The notes under the pieces: generated by a model
Seen by the model: the letters and a program-made list of their open reading frames with translations, nothing else
Told to the model about the DNA's origin: nothing
The model's database searches: none
Position numbers and translations under genes: made by a program
In this document: positions 1 through 9,640 of the stretch, in pieces
Layout: each line of letters opens with the position of its first letter
How positions within the stretch are numbered: position 1 is the first letter of the stretch
Assembly: GCA_973895155.1 (NCBI GenBank)
Contig: OZ316894.1
Location: forward strand, 6,120,368-6,184,367
Length of the DNA stretch: 64,000 bases
Direction of reading: 5' to 3'
Source: Marsupella aquatica
Lineage: Eukaryota > Plantae > Marchantiophyta

Positions 1-141
1 GCTTCACAGCTTGTCAGACATTATGGTAACTGTTTCAAAGCTTTTGACTGAGCTCCTCATTATTACTGACTAAGGTGACATCTTGCTGTTATAGGCCAGG
101 GTCTGATGTACTTGTTGGTCTCGGACTGTTGGTGCTTGTAG

Positions 142-1731
142 GTGAACCACTCACCTTCATTCTCAATAGATACGCCCTTGGATTTAACTGTTAAGGAGGC
201 ACTTCTCACGGATACGTTAAGGTTAGTTCATATGGATCCATCTGGGATTATGAAACTGAGGATGCAAGAGAAGAAAGGTGCCCTATCACGTCTATATGGT
301 AGAGGTCAGGTTGGGGGGGAGAGCTTGGCAAACCAGACCTCAGTGATGAGGTGTGTTAGAAAAGAGGACCCCTTTGATGAATTTGAAAAGGGAAACCGAG
401 GGAAGTACGACCGCATCTATCCTTCAGAGGACAAAAACTTGAATGAGCTTTACAGAATATTTCTGGCAGGGGCTGAAGCTGCATTCAAGCATTCCTTCCA
501 CATGAGGATCAAGGACACCATTGTTCGAGTTAGGGAGGAAAGAAGACAAGAGGAGCAGGCGAAGGAGGCTGAAGAGAAGAGGAAGGTGAAGGCTCGTTTT
601 GAGATGAGGAGAAAGGCTCAGAGAAGTGCACGCTTGGCTGCTCTTGCCGCTCGGGCCAGGTTAGTTGAGAAGTTGACAGCTAGGATGCAGGAAGAAGTGC
701 AATCACTCGTCCCTGCTCGTGGAACGTGTGAACCAGTAACAACAATCCTCCATGAAAAATCGAATGTCTCAGCCCCCGTACATATCCAGCTGGTAGCCCA
801 TCCTCCGACCGTTGCAATACAAACAGTTGCTCGACCACAATTGACAGAAACCAATAGCACTCACAAGAGCCTAAAGGTCAGTGATGATTTTTATGGTGTT
901 ATGAAGCATTGGCGATACAGACCGGAGTCACGGTCATGTTTTCCTGTTACTGCAAATTTGGCGGCTGCAAATAGATTATCTCAGACGGCGGCGGATGCAC
1001 TGAACTCTCCCAGGCTATCCCCTAAACCCAAAGCTGTGTGCTCCTACCAGAACCCTGTTGCTACTTCTGATGGTGAGTTGCGGAATGCTTTTTTCACAAA
1101 ACCGTCGAAAGACGTCAATGCTAGAGAGCTCGTTTCGAGGTCCAACTTGCTGAAAGACCATTACGATAAAATGAAACCACCAGCTGCAATTACTGGACCA
1201 ATTCAACCTGTGAGACTCAAAGAGAGAAGCGATGCTTCTTCATATGCTCTGTTCCAACAGTATCAACGAAAGCTACCTGCTCTGACTCCAAATGGGAGTT
1301 TCAGCTTACGGACTACCACCCTTTCTGTTCCTTCCACTGCATTTTGTCCACTTGGATCCAAGTATTATCTGAGGTCTATGCCAGACTTTGCTACGGAGCA
1401 ACAAGCTCGAGCTACGGCCAGGCCCCAGCCAGTTCCAACGATAGCTGACATCATGAGGGCACAATTTGGACTGCCCAAGATTGGTGACCATGCGAAATGG
1501 AAACCTTCATCGAATGAGATTTCTCTGAAGCGACGAACGATGAGTGCTGACAAAAGTAGTTTGCACATGAGAGCAAGAGCGTTGTTCGGCCAGCCAATCG
1601 CCCACTCAGCACTGGGAAAACTTGCTTTCCCATACAGCAGTGAACCTAAGAAGGTGGAGAAGCGGAAAAAGGCCTCTGCTCACAGCCTTAATAGCTTGTT
1701 CCGCGAACGGAAAGCAGTCTCCCACTACTAA
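142..1731 (+). CDS. Tubulin polyglutamylase (TTLL6/TTLL13-like), terminal exon only; 5' exons lie outside the window
   Basis: An acceptor ttgtag| precedes 142. The exon opens with (E)VNHSPSFSIDTPLDLTVKEALLTDTLRL, matching the TTL catalytic C-terminal motif EVNHSPSF..D..LD..VK. It is followed by 'E..N.G.Y.RIYP', a charged coiled coil and a low-complexity tail. Confidence 0.85.
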   Translation: MNHSPSFSIDTPLDLTVKEALLTDTLRLVHMDPSGIMKLRMQEKKGALSRLYGRGQVGGESLANQTSVMRCVRKEDPFDEFEKGNRGKYDRIYPSEDKNLNELYRIFLAGAEAAFKHSFHMRIKDTIVRVREERRQEEQAKEAEEKRKVKARFEMRRKAQRSARLAALAARARLVEKLTARMQEEVQSLVPARGTCEPVTTILHEKSNVSAPVHIQLVAHPPTVAIQTVARPQLTETNSTHKSLKVSDDFYGVMKHWRYRPESRSCFPVTANLAAANRLSQTAADALNSPRLSPKPKAVCSYQNPVATSDGELRNAFFTKPSKDVNARELVSRSNLLKDHYDKMKPPAAITGPIQPVRLKERSDASSYALFQQYQRKLPALTPNGSFSLRTTTLSVPSTAFCPLGSKYYLRSMPDFATEQQARATARPQPVPTIADIMRAQFGLPKIGDHAKWKPSSNEISLKRRTMSADKSSLHMRARALFGQPIAHSALGKLAFPYSSEPKKVEKRKKASAHSLNSLFRERKAVSHY

Positions 1732-3298
1732 TCGAACTCATGCGCAGCTTGTGTCTCTGTTGCTGGCTAAAAATTGTTTTGTGTTCGTCAAATTTCTCTC
1801 GTCAACTTCATTTCAATTTGTTCTGTAGAGGTTGGCATCCAGTCAAGTAATCCCAGACCAGCGTATTCTGAAGGAGATGCAATTCTTGGCCCAAATTTAG
1901 ATTTGACGGACAGTACGATTTTAAAACTCTCAGCTTAAGATTGTCTCTGTTTTGTCCCGTTTTCTATAACGGAGAGAGGCCACACGCAACGCATGTACAC
2001 AAAATTCTTAATATGTCTCGCACATTAGACATGTTAGTAGTCAGATACTTTGCTAAGATATTCTAAAGCTCAAGTCATAGGACAATCCCTCAAAACATAG
2101 TACAATCTTGTCTTGCTAGAAACGCTCCAGAATCGATTCAATCACCCCCCGGGGCCAACGAAACTCCAATGTAATCTGACTGTGATGAATCCGCCAGGCA
2201 CCCTTCCGGAATCCTCTCCGAAGGCCAATCCGATCAAGCACCTCTCCAATCTGATCGAGGCGGACAGTTACTATCTTCTTTATACGGTTCGCGATTCTGG
2301 GAACCACCAGGTACTCCTCTTGATTTATTTTTCCGCACCTCCTCAATATCGCAAGCACGACCGTAGAGTTACGTCTGGCCATTGGAACTCAAATTGATCC
2401 AAGACATCGGTGAAAACCTGAATGTAATACCACCACTTATTGTGACAGGATACTCTGTCTTGTCTTCTCGTGTGATCGACTGCTAGCTGTTGTTGAGTTC
2501 ACCAGTTACGTATTTATTACTCATGTAATGTAATGTGCCGCAGCGTTGAATTGAATTGCATTTGTAGTGTCTCTTGTATTTGAATTGTCTCTTTGGTCTG
2601 CGGTATTAATTGAGATCTATCCTTCACTCTCTCTGCGGCATTCTTGAAGAGAACATTTCTAAGTTTGTTTGTCGATTCTCTTCAAGGAGAAGGCGGAAAA
2701 ATAAGCTCTGTACACATTTCACTTCTCAATCCATTGATGTGCGTTCAAATTTGTTTTTCTTTTGTTTGCTCTATTAAGATCGATCACACTATTAAGATCG
2801 ATCACACTTATCAATCAACGAACGAGAAATACTATTTCTCTTGGTGAGAACAACCACCAGGATGCGAAGGAAAGAAACTGTCAACCGCACAGGCGACCCA
2901 GATTAACCACTGCTTCTGAGATTAAACAATCCCCCAACCACTTCCCTCACATATCACACCCGTCGCAGACAAGCCACGCTCCCGACGTGACTCAGGAAAC
3001 TGTCAGCACGGCAAGAAACCACCACAATCGCACAATTCTCCAGTAAATCGTGAAGAAAATTCTTCACAAACGAAAACGCTCCACTTCAACGGTCTCTGCC
3101 AAATTTAAAAATTTTGAACTGAAGCACAAAGTGACCAAATCCTGAAAACCGGAAGAAACCTCAACGGTCAAACTCCGCCTCTGCTCCGCCTCTTCACTTG
3201 TTTCCCCTACTTGTGCTGATTGATCGAGGAGGCAGTTCAGAGTGGACCACAGATTCAGTAAAATAGGAAAGGCTTGTGAAACTGAAAACAGGAACGGA

Positions 3299-4198
3299 CA
3301 AGAACAGAGGAGAGAGTTAAGAGAGGACCACAATTTCAGGAAAATTCGAAACGCGTGTGCCACCGAAAAAAGGAACGGACAAGGACGAAGGAGACAGTTT
3401 AGAGAGGACAAAATAATTCCGTAATCATCAGTCTGTTTGTAGTGGACATTGTTTCCAAGAACAGAGGAGAGAGTTAAGGGGCACTTTACAAGACGTCGGG
3501 GGCGTTCGCTTCCTTTTCTACCAAAGCTGAGCCAGCAGCAGTTTCACATGCTAAAAACAGTATATCGGGGCTAATAGAGAATTTAGAAGACTTTTATTGC
3601 CCCCGACGTCTTGTAAAGGGAACTCTGGCCAGTGTAGCTAGAATCATTGACTAGAAGACAAACTTGGGACCCACTCCACCTGAATCTTTGGCTAATGCTG
3701 GCTAATCTTTGGCTAATGCTGGTTCCTGTGGGTCCGCATTTATTGAAAACTGCCCATAATAGGAATGGACCAAGAGGCCGGATGAAGGGACCTCCAACGG
3801 AGGTGGTCTAAAATTCTGGACAAAAAAGAGCTCCAGGTCGGCAAAAGTTGGGCCCCACTGAAGTCCATGTAGGATCGGCAGAATCAATGAGCAAAACTGC
3901 CCCCGACGTTTTCTAAAGTGAACTCCAGCACTATCTCCCCAATGGATGGCCCGGATTGGATCTTGGATGTCAGAAAAATCTCCCCAATGGATGGCCCGGA
4001 TTGGATCTTGGATGTCAGAAAAGTGAAGGAACTGCCCCCGACGTCTTGTAAAGCCACCCTAAGAGAGTACCACAATTCAGGAAAATTCGAAACGCGTGTG
4101 CCACCGAAAAAAGGAACGGACAAGGACGAAGGAGACAGTTTAGAGAGGACAAAATAATTCCGTAATCATCAGTCTGTTTGTAGTGGACATTGTTTCCA
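3299..4198. repeat. 157-bp tandem duplication; the second copy is interrupted by a MITE
   Basis: caagaacagaggagagagttaa...gtggacattgtttcc occurs at 3299-3455 and again at 3456-3477 plus 4063-4198. Confidence 0.9.
3478..4059. mobile_element. Tourist/PIF-Harbinger-type MITE, 582 bp, TAA target-site duplication
   Basis: The TIRs are ggggcactttacaagacgtcgggggc and gcccccgacgtcttgtaaagccaccc. TAA occurs at 3475-3477 and 4060-4062. The empty site is preserved in the upstream duplicate copy. Extra internal TIR copies sit at 3599 and 3899, with internal 21-bp and 45-bp tandem duplications. Confidence 0.85.
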
Positions 4199-4687
4199 TG
4201 TTCGATCCTCTGACAGCAGTGATGTCCTGCTCCACCTGAAACACGTTCGGCTTCAATTGAATCACATTTGGCTCTACACGAATCACTCGATCTTTCAACT
4301 CCCAAACCACGTCCCACCTGGCACTACTATTTATCAAGCATTTTGCTGTCTGGTAATGGTTGGAACGGCGTGCACTCGTGGCCGCGTACATTTGCTAGCT
4401 GTAATCTCAGCTTATCAAGCTCAATTTGTCTACCGCATTTGGAAAGCTTGGCAAGCCATTGATTTATTGCAGAAGATGCGTTATTGTTGGCGATAGCAGA
4501 GCCAGAACATGCACCCTTGACGACGAATTGATGGATGCCCGTGAGAAAGACATTTAGGATCGAGTTTGTCTTGATTACGACGGCCTTTCCTTGGATAGGC
4601 AATTCGGGGACAAACTCTTTTGGAAGAGCAAAGATTACAACTGTAAGCCCTTTGGAGAGCTGACAGGAGCTCCGTTGGGCTCTCGCT

Positions 4688-5989
4688 ATGGCTATGGCGA
4701 CTCTTTCGTTGCCCTCGGTTTCACCTTGCACACCGTGGAGAGCTTCAGAGAGACCTGTTCCCAAGCTCTCGAACTCCTTCGTCTTCGGCCCCGCCCGATC
4801 CTCGCCGCTGCATCATGAATCAACTTCTTCCTCCTCTCCTCGTCCGGCCAATTTGCGTGCAAACAAAACCTGTCAAGTCAGAGCTCCCATCTCAATGAGC
4901 TTACAAACGGGGGAATGGGGCACGGCTGATCAGTCTGCAGCACCTCAGTCCGCCGAGCTCGGCTGCGAGATCCCCACCGTGGTCGAATTCAACATCCAGC
5001 CCGAATCGCTGGCTGGCTTCTATGCTGACTATGAGAGAGTCTCTGCGAAGTGGCCAGCGGATCTCGCATTGACGACAGATGACATTAAGTTCGAGCAATT
5101 CGTGAGCTCGTCGCACGCCCTGGCCCGGCGATGGCTTCCCGAGGACTTGGTCTCGAGACTAGAGCGCTTCCTGTACGATCCGGCAGAAGCGCCAGCACTC
5201 GTGATCAGAGGCCTGCCCATTGACAAAGAGTTGCCGCCAACGGAGCTCAATGCGCATCTCAAGAAAGTGGGAAAGTGCGTGAGCGAGGCATGGCTGGTCG
5301 GCATTGGGAGAATTGTGGGGCAGGTCTTCACTTTCAACACTGTGCGAGGGTCGAGGCCTGGGATGGGATTGCTGGTACGGGAGATTTACACAACTCAGGA
5401 CAAAGTGGACCAGGTGAGTGCGGAAGGGAGCCGGATACTGCTCGACATCCACGCCGATTTCTTCCAACTCGCCCCAGAGAAATTCCCCAACGTCATCGCA
5501 TTCATTGGCGTCAGAGGAGATCCTGACAAAGAGGGGAAGACTCTCCTGTGCAATAACCGGAAGCTTTACCGAATGCTCGACCCGGCGGACATCCAGTTGC
5601 TGCGCACTGAGAAGGTCGTCTGGGATACAGGCAGGGTTCAATTTTCAGCATATGTGATCGAAGGCTCTGAAAGCGATCCCAAGTTCAACATCTTCGAGGA
5701 GAATCTCCCATTCTTTGGTGGCTTTGACGATGTGGTGAAGGGTAGGCCTGAACTCCGGGCTGCCTACAAGCGGGTCAAGGAAACTGCTGCCACACTCCCG
5801 GAGGGTGTTTGGCTAGGCAGTGGTGATTTACTCTTATTAAATCAGAAGAAAGCAACACATGGCCGAAGTCCTTACGCTGCCAGATATGACGGCAATGACA
5901 GATGGTTGCAACGCACGTACATCAACAGTGGAGGATTCTGGGAGGCTGGGCATACTCAGTGGCCTAACCGGACTCTCCCCATGGGATAA
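4688..5989 (+). CDS. Clavaminate synthase/AsnO/VioC-like Fe(II)/2-oxoglutarate dioxygenase (TauD clan) with a predicted plastid transit peptide; intronless, 433 aa
   Basis: The ORF carries ALVIRGLPIDKELPPT, a metal triad H255-A-D257...H391, and GDLLLLNQKKATHGRSPYAARYDGNDRWLQRTY (R405, R409). The Ser/Pro/Arg-rich N-terminus ends near CQVRA. Confidence 0.9.
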   Translation: MAMATLSLPSVSPCTPWRASERPVPKLSNSFVFGPARSSPLHHESTSSSSPRPANLRANKTCQVRAPISMSLQTGEWGTADQSAAPQSAELGCEIPTVVEFNIQPESLAGFYADYERVSAKWPADLALTTDDIKFEQFVSSSHALARRWLPEDLVSRLERFLYDPAEAPALVIRGLPIDKELPPTELNAHLKKVGKCVSEAWLVGIGRIVGQVFTFNTVRGSRPGMGLLVREIYTTQDKVDQVSAEGSRILLDIHADFFQLAPEKFPNVIAFIGVRGDPDKEGKTLLCNNRKLYRMLDPADIQLLRTEKVVWDTGRVQFSAYVIEGSESDPKFNIFEENLPFFGGFDDVVKGRPELRAAYKRVKETAATLPEGVWLGSGDLLLLNQKKATHGRSPYAARYDGNDRWLQRTYINSGGFWEAGHTQWPNRTLPMG

Positions 5990-7060
5990 TTCTTTAATCT
6001 ATAATTGTGTACCCTAGCCTGAGCGCCCATTCAAGCACCTGAGCCACTTTCAGAGCCCCTGCCCGCCCGTTTTACACTCGCAACCCACCTTCAGTTGTGC
6101 CTTTAAAGTCCCCGTCTAGAGGTTTCACTCTCGACAGTAGCTTTTGATGAAAGTAGCTTTTGATCGCGATTATAAAGTTGGATTCCGATTCTCCGATAAA
6201 GTTGGTAGAATAGAATAGAGTAATGTTGAGATCTGCAGAATCTGACAGGATTATGTAGAATGGAAAGCGGAGTGTAACATTTGCAATAAAATAGTGATGC
6301 CGAAATGATCGACGGTTGTTTCATCGCCCGTGGCTTCCTGGAGTCGAGGAGAGTAGTCATGGCAAGCTGAAGAGTTCACTATGTAAGTGACGCCAAAGAA
6401 TTGGAACTTGCTGAAAGATTGCTGAAGTTTTCCCGAGAGCTTTCCCTTAAAGTCTCACTCTGTTTCTTGCATAAGTCGTGTTTTCAGTCTTCTGAAGACA
6501 AGGGTTCCAAGCTGTGTATCGGCAGGAGTGCCAGTGTTTGCGATTGGTTCCATCTTGAGATTTATTCTCCATGGCTGATTTTTATCTTCATAGTCTGAAT
6601 TCTTCTCATTTGTCTTTGATAATTTTCTTTGCTGGACCAATTCCTTCACAGCGTCGTCATGAACTGTGCCAACCGATGCTCTAGTGAAATGTTACTGGAT
6701 TCATATCCTTCCACGATGGCATTTGAAACTCTGAATCGATTGAATGGCACACAGATTTAGAGCCCAAACGCCAATTGTTTTTATTGAGTTTCACCATCCT
6801 CTGGTGGTTGACGGGCAATTAAATATATTCCCCGCAAATACGAGCGCGGATCTAAAACATACCCGACAGATTGAGAGTACATGTTTGAAGGATTGATTCC
6901 TTCACAATGCGTATGAATATCAACTCTGTACGCGTATGACGGAATCTTACGTGCTGGCAGACCGACTAAGCCAATTTCCTGCCATTGAGCTTTATGGCAG
7001 ATGCATCATACCCTTCGGCAATAGGTACTGTAGTCTAATTTACGGTCACCATACTAGAAT

Positions 7061-8203
7061 CTAGTCGTGAGAGGAATTCGAATGGGTCCGATGTCGTACT
7101 GAGAACATATCTACGAAGGGTGAGAGGCCATGTTTCAAAGCAGCAACGTCTTCATGTGTCATGAGAAACGACTTGGCAAGCAACTCAGGATCTACTCCGC
7201 TTGCGAACAGTGCTATCGGCATCAACTGAATGCCAGGGTCATGTGAATTCAAAGCGTTCAGACTCACAGCTGGAACATTTCCTTTGTTCAATTGGAAATG
7301 CAGAAGCCCACGTGGGAATATGAACGCTTCTCCTTTTCTAACGACCTTGGCATACACCTGCAACACACAGAAATAATGATTCAGCCGTTTCGTATCGTTT
7401 GCTGGTGAGCTGCATTATCTATCAATCTGCCACATGATTGGATTCAGTTGGTGATCGAATTAGGAAGTGAGGGTCAGTCACTGATAGGGGTGTAACATCT
7501 GTCATTGGAAAATTCAGATTATCATTTTGTCCTTACAAATCCAGACAAAATTGCATTTCGAACTGCATGGATGTCAAATGCCAAAAGCTAGCTCAATGTG
7601 ACACATGATAATGATGGAAAGACGATCACCTGGTTGGGCTTTTCAGGATGGTCACTCGTAGTAACAAAACCGGTGTATATCTCGCCTTCTAAGCAGTACA
7701 AAATCTCTGTAGCTAAGTTGTGCGTGTGAGGCATTATAATTCCTCCTGGATTCAAGTCTAGCCGAGCCAAAGACAGTCCCAACGTGTTTAGCGCTGGCCA
7801 GTCTCGTACAAACCCAAATTGCACATCTGCGTCGAATCGATTGCCTGTCAAATTGGCAGCCTTCGCCAAGCCACTGAAGGCAAAGTCGTGGGCGGTCACA
7901 GACTCGACCGGCTTGCAGGGCCATCCATTCATTAGGGAACCATATGGAGCAGATAGATCTGCAACGCAGAAGTCCTGCAAGATGAAGAATTAGGAACATT
8001 ACTTCAAGTGCTCTAGTCCAAAAAGTATCGAAGGCTCATTGTAGTAGCTAAAATTTATCTCTGGATGATTTGATTACCTGCGTGGGGTCAGGGTCTGCAA
8101 CTGTAACGACTACTGCTGCCACAAGTACGAAAAGAATTGATTGTTTGAAGAGCTTTAGAGTCCCAAGCGGCACTTGGGTCGAGGCCACTGCGGCCCCAGC
8201 CAT
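7061..8203 (-). CDS. Germin-like protein (cupin; Mn-binding, secreted), 3 exons: 8203-8078, 7974-7630, 7357-7061
   Basis: A hydrophobic signal segment is followed by DPDPTQ|DFCVAD, WPCKP, LNTLGLSLARLD, PHTHNLATEIL and FPRGLLHFQLN. Introns are GT-AG. Confidence 0.93.
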
Positions 8204-9249
8204 GTTACAGTACGTATACCACCGTTTTATCTCTATGTTTTGTCTAGGCGATCGAATGGAAGCCCCAAGAAAGCACCTGTCCCATAAAGGTGCTCATAGT
8301 CAGTCATAACTTTCAATCGCAAATCCACAGAAAAGATGCCAGTGCAATTCTGCTCTATACATTAACTTCAGATTTTCATTTGAAGCTTATGAAAAGAATT
8401 GTGGTTTTCTCTAGCCGACAATCCTATAGCCAAATAATTGGTCCTCTTACAAAGGAATTTGAGACCTGACATGAAAGCTACTGTAGCGTGTAATGAATCA
8501 TTAGTTGCAAAGTCTATGGCAGTTTTATGTTTGTCCAGAAACCAGAATGACTCTACAAGAATGAACATATGGCTTTGAAGTCCAGGCACAGAAACCTAAT
8601 ACAAAATGTAGACAGACCTATGTGAGCTTCAGCTTCAACCTAGCTACCTGATTGTTGCAGTACGTACAGCTTTGAAATTTAATTCCACTGCTGATTAAAG
8701 TTGAAGGAGAAACAGGACAGACAAACTGAAACTCAAGCGTGCACTTTTTACAAGTCCACCAATCCAGAACTGTCCTCAATGTTACTATTAACAGAAAGGT
8801 GTGGTGAATTTATACTCCTGCTTGCCCAATTCGTATTGCGCAAATCCCGTTTTCCGATGCGTAGGCAAGAAAACCGTCCTGTACTGATACCTCGTCACTG
8901 TTTCGTTTGTTATTGAACGGCCCAATTTTTCAGGCGCAGGTTTGAATGTACTTCATAACTTGAGACGTGGCGGGTGCATGACTGAGCGTTGCTCTAGGCA
9001 AAACGCTTCAAATTTATTGAACCAAATGAATGCTTGATACAACAGATGATGATCAACCCTGAGATGCCAGTGCAACTCAAAAAAGATACGGATCGATTGT
9101 TTCGGATAATCCTTAAGTTGGGTTAATATTTCTGCAAAAGTAACAGTGTGGTCAGTCAGTAATGATATGCTTGATGATTTCCACTTCTGATGTGTTGTTT
9201 GTCAAGGTTCACACGTTCACACTCTACGTAATGAAAGTCCTTTAGGCGT

Positions 9250-9640
9250 GAGATCCATGAGATCCTCAAGCTTGGGCCGGAGTCCAGGAACCAATGGCAT
9301 AGCTACCAGAAGTCTAGGCTTGAGAAGAGGAACTTACTATCATCGGAGGTAGCCATGAGATCATTCCAGGATCATTCTCCAGGCGTGGGAGTTGGGCCGG
9401 AAGAGGAAGCAACAAAGTATAGTACTACTGGAGCTACCTGATATCTTGGCGTGAGAAGAGGAACCAATGGGAGTAGCCATGAGATCCCCATTCCCAGGTT
9501 GGGCCGGCAGAGGACCCGATCTGTAGGCTTGAGAAGAGGAACCAATCAACCAATGCTGGTACCCACCAGTTCCCTCGGCTTGAGAAGAGGAACCAATCGA
9601 AGTAGCCATCACCCCTTGGCTTGGGAAGAGGGACCAACAG
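9250..9640. repeat. Degenerate repeat of about 120 bp built from short motifs (ggcttgagaagaggaaccaat, gtagccatgagatc, gggccgg)
   Basis: Motif copies at about 9317, 9449, 9526, 9577 and 9618. The gtagccatgagatc motif occurs at about 9349 and 9473. Confidence 0.75.

Larger units (their letters stand above)
3064..4317 (-). pseudogene. Relic gene of unknown family with a heptad-like segment and 27-aa hydrophobic repeats, disrupted by a duplication and a MITE
   Basis: The 81-bp repeats at 3232-3410 translate on the minus strand as CPFLFSVAHAFRIFLKLWSSLNSLL / CPFLFSVSQAFPILLNLWSTLNCLL. Differences between the copies fall mostly on third codon positions. Confidence 0.4.

Noticed and set aside
4688-8203. 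Dioxygenase plus germin as a biosynthetic gene cluster
   Set aside because: Only adjacency supports it. The predicted compartments differ (plastid versus secreted) and there is no scaffold-forming enzyme nearby.
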